Below, one piece after another: positions 19,268 to 29,442 of a stretch of 64,000 bases of DNA. The notes under the pieces are model-generated. The model made no database searches. It was not told where the DNA came from and saw only the letters and a program-made list of their open reading frames with translations. Positions within the stretch are counted from its first letter, which is position 1. Each line of letters opens with the position of its first letter. The translations under genes were made by a program, and so were the position numbers. The stretch lies in the sequence record NC_061446.1. One strand, 5' to 3'.

Positions 19268-20410
19268 TTACAGCGTAGATACGATAGCACGGAACACCTG
19301 ATATGCGCTCTGATAATCAGAGAAGGTACCCAGCTGCTCAAATGCAGACTTAGGCAGATCGCTAGGCGCACCAGCAGACGAATCGTACTTGGCGACAGTG
19401 AACTTGCCACGACCGCGAGCCTGTTTGATAGAGCCAGTCATTGACGCAGTCGGTCCGAACACAACACCAGTCTTGCTGCCGGTACCCATCACAAGGATGC
19501 AATCTTCATCGCCACCCATGTTAGCAACGGTAGCAGTCACGCTACGTTTCGGCGCAGGCAGTTGCATGGCTTTGAACATAGCCCTTACGTTCTCACCATC
19601 ACCACCCTTCATCAGCGCATCATACAGAAAGTCATAGCCGTTCGCGCTCGATGTGTTGCTTGTGCTAGGCATGCGAAGTTCAGCGGCAGTGCGCTCACCT
19701 TTCTTAGCAGCCGTAGCAATCTCGGCGTCAGTTGCGTCTTTGGTGGCCAGCAGTTTGATGACGTTCTTGATTGAACGCAGTTCGCCCAGATGAATCTGAA
19801 CCTTCTTGACCTTTTTGAGATGGTCACCAACGAAGGTCATCAGCCAGCCTTTCTGCTGCATGACAACAGCCACTTCCAGTTTCTTATACTGGAAAGAGAA
19901 CTGCTTGCCGGAAGCGTATAAGAACTTACCTGCTCCAGCTACAGGCTCAACAGCGCGAATGAAGTCGGGCGCATAGTCACGCGCATCGCTTCGGATCAGA
20001 CTGGAGTACGCAGGAGAAAACGTACCTACAGTAGTTACCGGGGCCTGTGGCTTCCCAGCACGAGGCTTAGCAACGACTTTGTTAGGGTCAGTTGCTTTGA
20101 TCTTGATTGCACGAAGACCGTTAATGGTAGCCACCAGCGTCCTGGCTTTATACAGGTTCTTCATGGCGGTGACAAGATTCTTGCCAGCAGCTTTCTTCGC
20201 AAGGGCGGTAGTCGCCGCTGCGTCGTTCAGCAGGTCAAGGACAGCGGACAGCTTCGCAGTGTCCAGCTCTTTGATTTTAACCAGCTCGTCAATCTTCTTA
20301 ACGATAAGTTTTGCGTTCTTACCGAAAAGGATTTCAGCGTTGGCGATCTGCGTTTTGTTCGCAGCAGAGACCGACACAACAGTGCCGGACGGGAGAGTGA
20401 TTTCGTGCAT
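19268..20410 (-). CDS. Lys/Ala-rich hypothetical protein with N-terminal VSVSA
   Basis: 380-aa ORF with AAGGA RBS and a downstream terminator. Confidence 0.75.
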   Translation of the reverse strand: MHEITLPSGTVVSVSAANKTQIANAEILFGKNAKLIVKKIDELVKIKELDTAKLSAVLDLLNDAAATTALAKKAAGKNLVTAMKNLYKARTLVATINGLRAIKIKATDPNKVVAKPRAGKPQAPVTTVGTFSPAYSSLIRSDARDYAPDFIRAVEPVAGAGKFLYASGKQFSFQYKKLEVAVVMQQKGWLMTFVGDHLKKVKKVQIHLGELRSIKNVIKLLATKDATDAEIATAAKKGERTAAELRMPSTSNTSSANGYDFLYDALMKGGDGENVRAMFKAMQLPAPKRSVTATVANMGGDEDCILVMGTGSKTGVVFGPTASMTGSIKQARGRGKFTVAKYDSSAGAPSDLPKSAFEQLGTFSDYQSAYQVFRAIVSTL

Positions 20411-20419
20411 TGCTGTTCC

Positions 20420-20986
20420 TTAACGTTTCTTGTTGGTCCAGTTGTTCTGCTTAACAGGCGCAGGTGAGGTGTTCTCTTCCGTGATTTCGTCGTCGGCGTC
20501 TTCTTCCTCGTCCTCGACGTCATCTACTTCCGGCTCAGGTTCAGGCTGCGGTTCAGCCTGTTTGACAGGAGTAGTCTCCATCACAGACGCAGCGAGGGGT
20601 GCCTGAGACTCAGTATTTACAGTAGCAACTGGCTCTGCTTCTGCGGCCTGACGCGCTTTAGCTACTTCACCAACAGCGTGTTCGTGAATAACGTCAGTGG
20701 TAAGCAGCGCGCCCTTATCTTTCAGGATTGCATCTGCTTTCTCTTGGTCCCATTGGTCCCACAGGATATCAAGAGTCTTGTAACCGTAGTTCATGCCTTT
20801 CGGCAGCTTGCCACGACCGTTGAACGGCAGACCGTTAGAAGGAGTAGCTGGCTCGAACTCGTCCATCATCTCCCACTTACGTTTAGCCTCGATACACTTC
20901 GGGCCCCAGACGCCATCGCAGGCACCGTCGTACAGACCAAGCATGGTCATGATGATCTGTAGCTTCTGATAGAATTTGTTCAGCAT
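20420..20986 (-). CDS. Peptidoglycan-binding (PGBD-like) protein with acidic tail
   Basis: LQIIMTMLGLYDGACDGVWGPKCIEA matches the PG_binding_1 pattern; Asp/Glu-rich C-terminus. Confidence 0.7.
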   Translation of the reverse strand: MLNKFYQKLQIIMTMLGLYDGACDGVWGPKCIEAKRKWEMMDEFEPATPSNGLPFNGRGKLPKGMNYGYKTLDILWDQWDQEKADAILKDKGALLTTDVIHEHAVGEVAKARQAAEAEPVATVNTESQAPLAASVMETTPVKQAEPQPEPEPEVDDVEDEEEDADDEITEENTSPAPVKQNNWTNKKR

Positions 20987-21002
20987 AACGTGTCCTCTTA
21001 TA

Positions 21003-21031
21003 GAAGGAGGGGCCGAAGCCCCTTACCTTTT
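21003..21031 (-). terminator. Probable terminator after the SNF2 gene
   Basis: GGGGC-TTCG-GCCCC hairpin with a weak T-tract. Confidence 0.55.
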
Positions 21032-24000
21032 AGACTGATTTGTTTTTCGACATGGTCAGTTTCAACTTGTCGAGTGCGCCAGTGACCTTTTTGATGTTCG
21101 TGACGGTGTAGCCTGCTTTCACGATCTTATTGATACGTGCTTTCGCAGTTGCCGCATTCTTCACGAATCCAATCCACATTCCAGGCGCCATGTCGAACGT
21201 ACCGAACTTACGAGTGTTCGGGATTTTCGTGCCGACGAAGCGTTTCATCTGCGGGTTGGTCTTCAGGTCGAACATGATACGCAGCCTGTCTTCCATGATC
21301 ATCGGATATGCCTTGACGTGTTTCTTATCAGAGGCAGACTTGTGACGAACGAGGAAGAACTTCGGCAGTTGCTCTTGACCCTTCGTTGCCAGCTTAACGT
21401 TGAAGCCCATACGCGGAGTAGACTCGTCAAAGAAGTCCAGTACAAACTCCAGACGCTTCTCCGACATACGGTCGAATTCCAGCTTCTTCTTAACTTCGAT
21501 GAAGTCCAGCATAGCTTCAAAGTCAGCGTAGTACGCACAGTCGTAGTAAACGTAATCGCCGAACTCAACGAACTCAAAGTCCTTGAGTGCTTTCGCATCA
21601 GGGTCAGTCGCGTTCGCATACAGTGCTACAAATCCGTTGTACACGGTAGGAGTCAGCTCCAGTGCCATATCAGCACCAGTCGCTTCTGCAACAGCTTTCG
21701 CACCAGGCTTCATACGAGTCGTGGTGTTAGCCAAAGGAGGCAGGTCAGCAGTCTTACGGCGACGAACTTTCTTGGCAGCTTCTTCAACACCTTCGTTGAT
21801 TGGCTTACCAGACTCTTTGTTCGCAGCACGTTTGGCAGCACGGGCAGCTTTACGCGCCTGAGCTTCAACCTTCTTCTCTGTCTCTTTCGTATCAGCCGTC
21901 TGCGTTTCATCAGCAACGGTGTCTTCAACTTCAACACGGTTAGCTTCTGCGTTTGCACGTTTGCGATCTTTCTCATTCGCCCACGGCTTACGCTGCTCGA
22001 AGAAACGTTTCAGGTCGTTCTTGTCTACCTTAGTAGCAATGTGAACTTTGGTCGCAGGAATTGCAACGGTCTCACCAGAGCCAGCCAGACGAACACGAAC
22101 GGTACTGATAGGACTATCGCCACGCAGCTTGCCGTCAACCATACGCACAGTCACAGACACGACAACACCGTTACCGAACTCAGTCACGACAGGTGCACGA
22201 TTCAGAGAATCTTTCAGCCCTTCGCCGCTAGTGAAGTTACGGTTACGCGCCCAATCCAACAGACGCTCAGTGCCCCAGCCATTACGATCAGGGATCTTCT
22301 GGTTAGCAACAAGCGGAGTCTGCTCCATCACGCGGAAGTCAGTCAGAGCCGGAGTAGCTGGCAGAGCCTGCATTGCTGCAACCGTTGTACGGCGCATCTC
22401 CTGGAACTCTTGAGACTCGATTTCGTTCAGGTCACGCTTCGCAAGGAAGTAGTCACCGAAGTCTTCCATCGTGTTGTTATCAATCAGCAGCTTCGCACTC
22501 ATTTTGATCGGGTCGAGCTTGTACTGGTCAAGTGCTTCGTAACGCTGGTTGCCTTTCTCGTCGAAGCGAGTCTTCTCCAGAGTCTTCCACATCAGACGTG
22601 CGACCTTACCAACTTCCAAGGTCTTGTTCGTCATAACCCAGTCGATGAACACAACTTCACGAGCCATGTCACCCGGCTTACCGTTCTCGTCCAACTTCGC
22701 AGCAGCAACGTCAGGACGGAAGATACGCGCAGTAGACTGGTCGTAAGTACCTGGTGACCACGGAGTATCGCAGCGGATGATGCGGCTACCCATCTGCATG
22801 TTGTGGCCTTCGGAGATTGCCTGCTCGTTCGCAATCAGAATCTGGACGTTGTTGTCAGTTTTGAATGCGTCGAGGTTAGCGTCTTTGTTCTGACCCAGCT
22901 TACCAACTTCACCGTGATACACCACAGCAACTTTCTTATAGTTGGCTGGCAGTGCGTTGTAGATGGCGTTTGCTGCACGAACGTAACGCGTAAAGACAAT
23001 CAGCTTGCCCTGAACTTCCGGCTTCCAGTAGTCCGGATCGTCCGGAGGCGGAACCATTGAAGGCGGCAGCGCTTGACGCTTGAACTCTTCGGACTGCTTA
23101 CGTGCCAGATACTTCTGACCGTTGTAGACAGCAATGTCCAGCTCACGCGGCTCTACGCCTGGCTTCCATTCGAAGATCTGTTGCTCACCGATCATGCGGT
23201 CGCGTTCTGGCTGCACTTCGAAGTGCTTACGAATACGGTCGATAATGGTCAGCACTTTCGCAGAAACGAAGTTGGTAACGCCAGCGGCTTCAAACGTCAT
23301 ACGAGCAACGTCATCACCCATCGGGTCAGTCAGCATCATTTCCATACGCTGGAAGTACATGTTCAGGTCAGCGTTGCTTGCCAGCAGTGCGCCTAAATCA
23401 TCACCCTCTTCGATCTCGTCTTCGTCAATATCAGAAGCGGTATCGCCATCACCACCACCAGCTTCGTCGTCATCGTCGTCACTGTTACCTGCTTTCTTCT
23501 TAGCAGACTTGGCCGCTTCGTCCAGCTTCTCCAGAACTTCCGCGTACATTGCGTTGTACACTTCCTGGTGAAGCGCAGAGTTAGGCACTGACGGATCATC
23601 GATCTCAACCTGGATGAAGGTATCAATCGGGTTCGGCAGCATGAACGCCCAATGCTTACGCTTGAACGAGATGAACGCCGTATGGTTAGCCATACGTGAG
23701 TGCGCACGACGAATCATTTCGATATCGTCTTTCGCGCCATCATACGCAACGTCCAGTGAATCACCGAACATAGCAGGCGTCATCAGTGCGGCCTGACCAA
23801 CGATATCACGCACACGGTCAGTTACCAGCGTACCAGTAGCGATACGAGCATAGCGGACGGACGGAGCAGTGAAGACCGCTTTGGTATTGAAGTGAACCTG
23901 AGAGCCAGCCTGACCGCCAGAGAAGTTCTTCACTTTGTGGGACTCGTCGAGCAACACATAGCTGAACTTGAAGCGGTTAACGAACTCAACAGCACCACGC

Positions 24001-26879
24001 ACACGAACACGAACACCGCCGATATCAACGTTGAACGTACCAGTTTGCAGATAGCTCAGGCCGACGATGAAGATTGTGTTACGAGGTGACTGAGAGATCA
24101 CATCGTACATGCGTTCTTCGCCCCACGTGTTCACGGTGTCAGCAGTGATAGGCACTGCGTTCCAGCCGTCAACGATTTTGTGGAGGTCGTCACACCAGTT
24201 CGCTACGAGGTTAGACGGACAGATGATCAGAGGACGAATCCCTTCTTCACCCAAATCGTCTAGCTCTTTGATGGTGGCCGCAATATCAGTCAGACCGATG
24301 ATTGTCTTACCACCGCCAGGCGCGATAAAGATTGTTGCAAAGCGCGGACGACGACGCAGAGTTTTGTGCGCTTCGACCTGATGCGGCAGCAACGCTGCAC
24401 CGTCTTTCAGACCCGGGATGCGGATATCATCAATGGTGATACCGCTATCAGGTTTCAGGCGTTCGATCTCAGTCTCAGCCGATTCGAAAATCTCAAGAGA
24501 CTTAGGAATCACATCGCTGTACATCGTAGCGAATGGCAGAATGATCTGTTGCAGACGACCTGAGCCTGGAGCCTGTTCGCTTTCAATCAGAGAACTAAAC
24601 AGCTTCTTGCGATCAGCACGTACAAGCGACTGCGCCATTTCACGGTACAACGCACCACCGAAGTAGTTGTTGAGGCGTGCCATGTCAGACAGCTTGGACT
24701 TCTCACCCATTACAAAGTAGTGAGTGTGCGACGGCAGTGATTCGGTAGCAGCCTGAATGCTTCCCATCTCGCTCATGGAAGTTGCAATCAGGTTAGAACC
24801 ACGCAGGCCAGCAGCATCGTTCAGCACACGAATCATGATACGCAGCATCGTCAGAGCAGGGCGCTCGTTAGACAGGTCTGGTACCGAGAAATCGTTAGCG
24901 ATCAGATTCTCATAGAGGTCTTTGTCCATCGGGCTTTCAGACAGAGCCGCATCTTCTGCGTCCATGCCGATTGCTTTACGTGCATTCTCCACCAGCGTTT
25001 TCAGGTCAGGAACTTGTTTGTTCTTGAGCATGAACTCGTAGGTCTGGCAGGTCTGCGCGATGATGTTCAGTAGCTCAGGCAGGTTAGAACCTTCGGTGGA
25101 ATTGTATTTGATCGTGGACTCACTCACACTCTCAACCAACTTACCGCTACCGGACTCAACTTTGGCAGCTTCAATCAGCGTGTCATATGACGGACGGAAC
25201 AGAGCCATACCACCAGATGCCTGATTGTGATAGATGTTACCAATCACGTTCGCAGCAGAACGGAAGTTAGGCGCTTCACCCGGCTCCGCAAAGTCGTAGC
25301 CGAGAGCATCAGCAACGTCCAGCGAGTTAGGTGACTTCATGCCGACAGTACGGGTTTCGTTAACTGCCAGACCGCCGCCGTTCGAGGTGTTCACGATCAG
25401 AGAGAAGTCAGGGTCGATACCGATGCACACGTCACTGAAACGAGACAGTGATTTGGCTTTCGTCTGCACATCACGGTCGAAGTCCAGATTACCGTTCTGG
25501 ATAGCGAACATGTTTGTACGCAGCGTGTCGTGCTCAGTAGACAGCGGCACACCTTTTTCGAACAGGTCTTCGAGGACGCCGTTGAGCGTGGTTTCGTAGG
25601 TCTTAACCATCTCAATGTCAATGTCTTCACGACGAGGTAATACGGCCATCGTACCGTTAGGCATGATAGTCATACCGTGTTCATCAGCAACCACGTCGTT
25701 AACCACATAGCCGAATTTCTCACGCAGCTTTTTCAGCTCAGGCAGAGAAGTGGCAGAAGTTACATAACGCGGAATACGAGCAGCACGGGTGATACCAGTA
25801 CGAGTAGAACCAGCAACACGGAAGTAGTAGCTCGCCCAACCCTGGAACCAACGATACAGACACATGGTCTGAGTGTCGGCACCCTGAGAGATATACTCCA
25901 CCAGCTCTTTTTCGAAGTTAACAATCAGGCCGCCTTCGACACGAATGTCGGTTGCCAGTGCTACTTCGTTGAAATCGACAGGCGTATCGTGACTGATCTT
26001 CATCGCTTGCAGCTTGCGATCAATCATCTGTTTGCCTGGGATAGAGCGAATGCCGATTGTCATGAAATCGCCCAGACCATCAACTACGGATTTTTCCAAG
26101 TTGCGGAACAGGTCAATATCAATGCCGTTCATCGACGGGTGAATAGAACGCAAAGCAGCGTTATACACAGACCAGTCTTTGTCAAGCGGGATACGAATCA
26201 TCTTCGTATCGAATGCGTTGGCGTTAGTACGCTCAGTGCCGAAGATATCCTTGTAGATAGTCTTTGCCACACGAATTGCAGACTGCGCAATATCGGAGCT
26301 GTAGGTACGCAGGTTGGCGCTTTCGAAGTTCGCGTCGTTATCAACACGAGGACGGTCGCTACCCTGATTGTTCAGAACGTTGAAGTTACCGTTCGAAGCC
26401 AGCGGGCTGGTGGGGCACGGAGTACCAGACATGATAATGTCTTTGCCGCCAGGGAAGCGCGTACTGTTTTCGATGATAGCGCCAGAAGATGCAGACAGGT
26501 GCTCGGCCAGAGCAGTCTTAATCTCACGACTCAGCTTGTCGCCGTTCAACATCATGTTGATTTTCAGCGAGGACGCTTCGACGTTGTTCTTGATACGCTT
26601 AACGAAATCATCCGGAGAGACTTCCAGCATATCTTCGAACTCTGCACCGTTAGTAACGATGTAGTTAATCAGGTCGAAGGCCGCGTAGATGCGAGCTACG
26701 GTAGAAGCGGTGAATACTGCCAGTGCTTCATAGTTACGACGGGACTTCCCTGTCGCGTACATCTTCGACGTCTTGGCGTCGAATTCGGGCGGCAAGGGCT
26801 TGATAGCAAGTGCCTGATTAAACGTATCGGCAATTTGCTGGGTAGCCGTTGCTGACGTACTAATCATCTGATTCATCAT
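21030..26879 (-). CDS. Giant SNF2-family helicase/ATPase (1949 aa)
   Basis: LLPHQVEA, APGGGKT, ICPSNLVANW, LDESHKVKN, ATGT, KLIVFT, EGHNMQ and PWSPGTYDQSTARIFR motifs; about 800 aa of unassigned N-terminus. Confidence 0.9.
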   Translation of the reverse strand: MMNQMISTSATATQQIADTFNQALAIKPLPPEFDAKTSKMYATGKSRRNYEALAVFTASTVARIYAAFDLINYIVTNGAEFEDMLEVSPDDFVKRIKNNVEASSLKINMMLNGDKLSREIKTALAEHLSASSGAIIENSTRFPGGKDIIMSGTPCPTSPLASNGNFNVLNNQGSDRPRVDNDANFESANLRTYSSDIAQSAIRVAKTIYKDIFGTERTNANAFDTKMIRIPLDKDWSVYNAALRSIHPSMNGIDIDLFRNLEKSVVDGLGDFMTIGIRSIPGKQMIDRKLQAMKISHDTPVDFNEVALATDIRVEGGLIVNFEKELVEYISQGADTQTMCLYRWFQGWASYYFRVAGSTRTGITRAARIPRYVTSATSLPELKKLREKFGYVVNDVVADEHGMTIMPNGTMAVLPRREDIDIEMVKTYETTLNGVLEDLFEKGVPLSTEHDTLRTNMFAIQNGNLDFDRDVQTKAKSLSRFSDVCIGIDPDFSLIVNTSNGGGLAVNETRTVGMKSPNSLDVADALGYDFAEPGEAPNFRSAANVIGNIYHNQASGGMALFRPSYDTLIEAAKVESGSGKLVESVSESTIKYNSTEGSNLPELLNIIAQTCQTYEFMLKNKQVPDLKTLVENARKAIGMDAEDAALSESPMDKDLYENLIANDFSVPDLSNERPALTMLRIMIRVLNDAAGLRGSNLIATSMSEMGSIQAATESLPSHTHYFVMGEKSKLSDMARLNNYFGGALYREMAQSLVRADRKKLFSSLIESEQAPGSGRLQQIILPFATMYSDVIPKSLEIFESAETEIERLKPDSGITIDDIRIPGLKDGAALLPHQVEAHKTLRRRPRFATIFIAPGGGKTIIGLTDIAATIKELDDLGEEGIRPLIICPSNLVANWCDDLHKIVDGWNAVPITADTVNTWGEERMYDVISQSPRNTIFIVGLSYLQTGTFNVDIGGVRVRVRGAVEFVNRFKFSYVLLDESHKVKNFSGGQAGSQVHFNTKAVFTAPSVRYARIATGTLVTDRVRDIVGQAALMTPAMFGDSLDVAYDGAKDDIEMIRRAHSRMANHTAFISFKRKHWAFMLPNPIDTFIQVEIDDPSVPNSALHQEVYNAMYAEVLEKLDEAAKSAKKKAGNSDDDDDEAGGGDGDTASDIDEDEIEEGDDLGALLASNADLNMYFQRMEMMLTDPMGDDVARMTFEAAGVTNFVSAKVLTIIDRIRKHFEVQPERDRMIGEQQIFEWKPGVEPRELDIAVYNGQKYLARKQSEEFKRQALPPSMVPPPDDPDYWKPEVQGKLIVFTRYVRAANAIYNALPANYKKVAVVYHGEVGKLGQNKDANLDAFKTDNNVQILIANEQAISEGHNMQMGSRIIRCDTPWSPGTYDQSTARIFRPDVAAAKLDENGKPGDMAREVVFIDWVMTNKTLEVGKVARLMWKTLEKTRFDEKGNQRYEALDQYKLDPIKMSAKLLIDNNTMEDFGDYFLAKRDLNEIESQEFQEMRRTTVAAMQALPATPALTDFRVMEQTPLVANQKIPDRNGWGTERLLDWARNRNFTSGEGLKDSLNRAPVVTEFGNGVVVSVTVRMVDGKLRGDSPISTVRVRLAGSGETVAIPATKVHIATKVDKNDLKRFFEQRKPWANEKDRKRANAEANRVEVEDTVADETQTADTKETEKKVEAQARKAARAAKRAANKESGKPINEGVEEAAKKVRRRKTADLPPLANTTTRMKPGAKAVAEATGADMALELTPTVYNGFVALYANATDPDAKALKDFEFVEFGDYVYYDCAYYADFEAMLDFIEVKKKLEFDRMSEKRLEFVLDFFDESTPRMGFNVKLATKGQEQLPKFFLVRHKSASDKKHVKAYPMIMEDRLRIMFDLKTNPQMKRFVGTKIPNTRKFGTFDMAPGMWIGFVKNAATAKARINKIVKAGYTVTNIKKVTGALDKLKLTMSKNKSV

Positions 26880-27370
26880 TCACCCAGTTTGGTATAGTTG
26901 TCAATCATAGACTGCCACACGCTCGGTACGGGCAAGCGACGGTCTGCGGCGATATCCGATAGCACAACGGCTAATGCGTAAGCACGAAGAGGACTAAGCC
27001 CTTCGAACTTGTCGCGCGTAAACACAGACGTGAGTTGTTCGTTGGTCAGTGTCTGATACTGCGCACGATACTCGGACAGATACGTGCCGTACTTACCGTC
27101 ATCAACCGGCATGGTATCAGGGATGCTCTGAATAGACAACAATGCTTTCGCAAGAGCGTCCATAATCAAAAGCAGATCAGCCTGATCATACGGTGTGATA
27201 TCTGGCACGTTTGAACGACCCAGCAGTTCGATGACTGACTGCGGAAGTTGAATAGGCTCTCGCGTTTGAGAGATGGACTTCATGATTCCTTCGGCAGCAC
27301 CAGCATACAGCTTACCGCTATCTGCGATGCCCTTCAAAAGAGTATGAAGCCGCGAGTTTACGTCAATCAC
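26876..27370 (-). CDS. Hypothetical protein
   Basis: Start moved to GTG 27370 after AGGAG. Confidence 0.65.
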   Translation of the reverse strand: MIDVNSRLHTLLKGIADSGKLYAGAAEGIMKSISQTREPIQLPQSVIELLGRSNVPDITPYDQADLLLIMDALAKALLSIQSIPDTMPVDDGKYGTYLSEYRAQYQTLTNEQLTSVFTRDKFEGLSPLRAYALAVVLSDIAADRRLPVPSVWQSMIDNYTKLGE

Positions 27371-27380
27371 GGTTCTTCTC

Positions 27381-28163
27381 CTAAATAAAAATGCTCTTGA
27401 CCAAAGTGTTGAGCCTCTTCTCCACAGCATGACGTTTGTACGTGGACAGGAAGCAGGTCAGCCTGCGCGATTGCAGATGCAGCGCAATAGCGTTACCCTT
27501 AACCCGCGCACAGTCAACCCCCAAATCAATACTCCACGGATGCCAAGCACGAGGTGCAAGCATCACTTGTTGAATTGTTGGGTAAGTGTCTGGCACAACA
27601 GGCAGAGGAGACTTTGCCAGTTTCTTCGTCAAATTATCAGTTTTGAACAAGGCTTTAGGCTGTTTGTTCGAAAACCAGTAAGGAACCTGCTTGTGCAGTA
27701 TCTCACCTACTTTCGGAATACCACCACGAGTTGTCTGCGGCACATACACCAGATAAATATCGATCGTGGTGTTGATGCAGTTAGCAACACGATTGTAGTC
27801 GCTGTTGGTTCGACTATGCACCTCAGCCAGCCTGAACTTATTGCTGAACTCAATACGTTGCAGCCATCTTTTCAGGTCAGCCTGTTGAATCTTGAGGAGT
27901 GCTTTTGCCTGCTCAAGAGAGTGCTTGGTAATCGGTGGGATAGGACGTAACAGGTACGTTGTGCTGCTACGAGCCAGAGAAGAAATAAACCCTTCTACAA
28001 CGCGCTGCATACCGAGAGGTTGTGGCAGCGAATGAAAGAGGTCAACCGCTGTTTGAGTTGAGATGTACGCACCCCAAGCCTCGATGTACTCAGGGCTAAC
28101 GCAGTCAGGAAAGTTGCGTAAGTCCAATCCCACGTCTGAGCCATATTTCTGCAAACGACTCAC
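27381..28163 (-). CDS. Hypothetical protein
   Basis: GTG start with GGAGG RBS, overlapping the HNH gene stop. Confidence 0.7.
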   Translation of the reverse strand: MSRLQKYGSDVGLDLRNFPDCVSPEYIEAWGAYISTQTAVDLFHSLPQPLGMQRVVEGFISSLARSSTTYLLRPIPPITKHSLEQAKALLKIQQADLKRWLQRIEFSNKFRLAEVHSRTNSDYNRVANCINTTIDIYLVYVPQTTRGGIPKVGEILHKQVPYWFSNKQPKALFKTDNLTKKLAKSPLPVVPDTYPTIQQVMLAPRAWHPWSIDLGVDCARVKGNAIALHLQSRRLTCFLSTYKRHAVEKRLNTLVKSIFI

Positions 28164-28525
28164 CGTCTACCTCCATGCAGCAGTCTCGAACCACGTCGGT
28201 TGTTACTGCCGATCTGATTGTTATCGCAGTCATAGCAAAGCAGTTCGAGGTTATGCTTCATGTTCGAACCACCTTTAGCATGACCAACTTTGTGGTTGAG
28301 AATGAGTTGAGGAGTACGAGTACCACAGCGCTCACATTGTTGGCCACGCTCGTCGATGATGCTCATTTTGAGACGTGTCCAATCACCCCTGTCCATACGA
28401 ACGTGAGTACCAGCGCGAGCACGTTCAAATCCCGTAACACCAGCAAGACGTTGAGAAGTGGACATGCTTCTTCCACGACCACCCATAGTTCTTGCTGCAA
28501 TACCGCCTTTTGGTCTGTATGCCAT
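28160..28525 (-). CDS. HNH endonuclease
   Basis: CERCG...LNHKVGHAKGGSNMKHNLELLCYDC. Confidence 0.85.
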   Translation of the reverse strand: MAYRPKGGIAARTMGGRGRSMSTSQRLAGVTGFERARAGTHVRMDRGDWTRLKMSIIDERGQQCERCGTRTPQLILNHKVGHAKGGSNMKHNLELLCYDCDNNQIGSNNRRGSRLLHGGRR

Positions 28526-28547
28526 GATGATCTCCTAAATACAGTTC

Positions 28548-28556
28548 TATTTACAG
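28548..28556 (-). promoter_or_regulatory. Class 1 motif CTGTAAATA
   Basis: Exact copy upstream of the HNH gene. Confidence 0.65.
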
Positions 28557-28558
28557 AC

Positions 28559-29383
28559 TTAGGCGCTCGCGCTAAATATCTGAACTGTCTTCGATAGACC
28601 TGCCTGATAGGCTTGCTCAATATCTTTCGCAGCGTTACGAATGATAGTCTCAGTCTGATTCTGAGCACCAGCAATCATTTCAACAGGCAGGTTCTTTTTA
28701 TTCCATGCGTTAATCTGGTGGAATACGCCAACCAGAATTGTACCAGCAGACTCAGCGAAAGGTCCCATGACTTCTTCATTGAGAATCTCTGCCAGTTGCG
28801 ACACATCGCGCAGCGCACGAAGGTCAGCGATGATTTCACGCATCTGGTTATAGAGTTGCATCAGTGCGTAAATATCACGGCTCTGTTTGGATTTCTTATA
28901 CTGCTCCTCACACAATCGCGCCATTGACTGACACTGCTTGAACATCGTCATGTACTCGGCAATCTGGTCGTTCTCTTGTTTGATAACGTCAGGCACTTCT
29001 GCCATGGCTTCAAGGAACTGACCTTCCAGAGCAACCACATCGGTGCTCAAACTCCGTGACTCTTTCTTCTTCTTTTTCTTTTTGATGGTGTCTACTGCAT
29101 TCTCTTTCTTTTTCTTAGCCTTCTTGGGCTTTGGTTCATCAAGAGACTGCATTGCCTTTTGAGATGCTGCAATATCCGAATAGAAGTCATCGGGATCAAT
29201 GTGTTTGGGCAGCACGTCTTTCGAAGGGTCGGACTTCTTTTTCTTCTTGACCTTAACGCCTTTGCTAACTGTCTTAGCTTTCTTGACGGTGGTCTTAGCT
29301 TTAACTTTCGCTTTACTCTTTTTCGCAGATGCTTTTGCAGGCTGGGCGAAAGAGCCAATGTCATCCAAGCTTATGGCCGCCAT
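28559..29383 (-). CDS. Hypothetical protein with Lys-rich N-terminus and helical C-terminus
   Basis: 274-aa ORF containing KKKKK tracts. Confidence 0.7.
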   Translation of the reverse strand: MAAISLDDIGSFAQPAKASAKKSKAKVKAKTTVKKAKTVSKGVKVKKKKKSDPSKDVLPKHIDPDDFYSDIAASQKAMQSLDEPKPKKAKKKKENAVDTIKKKKKKKESRSLSTDVVALEGQFLEAMAEVPDVIKQENDQIAEYMTMFKQCQSMARLCEEQYKKSKQSRDIYALMQLYNQMREIIADLRALRDVSQLAEILNEEVMGPFAESAGTILVGVFHQINAWNKKNLPVEMIAGAQNQTETIIRNAAKDIEQAYQAGLSKTVQIFSASA

Positions 29384-29405
29384 GTGAAAATCCTCAGTAG
29401 AAACG

Positions 29406-29433
29406 AAAAAGGGAACCCCGCGAGGCTCCCTTT
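29406..29433 (-). terminator. Intrinsic terminator
   Basis: GGGAGCC...GGTTCCC plus TTTTT. Confidence 0.7.
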
Positions 29434-29442
29434 AGGGTTTGT

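Noticed and set aside
21130-26855. Long plus-strand ORFs (e.g. 21318-22757, 25677-26855) and similar ones opposite the sheath, PolA and SbcC genes
   Set aside because: Antisense shadows caused by strong codon bias; no RBS and no recognisable motifs.
28160-28525. HNH gene as a mobile homing endonuclease or intron
   Set aside because: Short, free-standing, with its own class 1 motif and coupled to the next gene; no interrupted host gene or intron structure.
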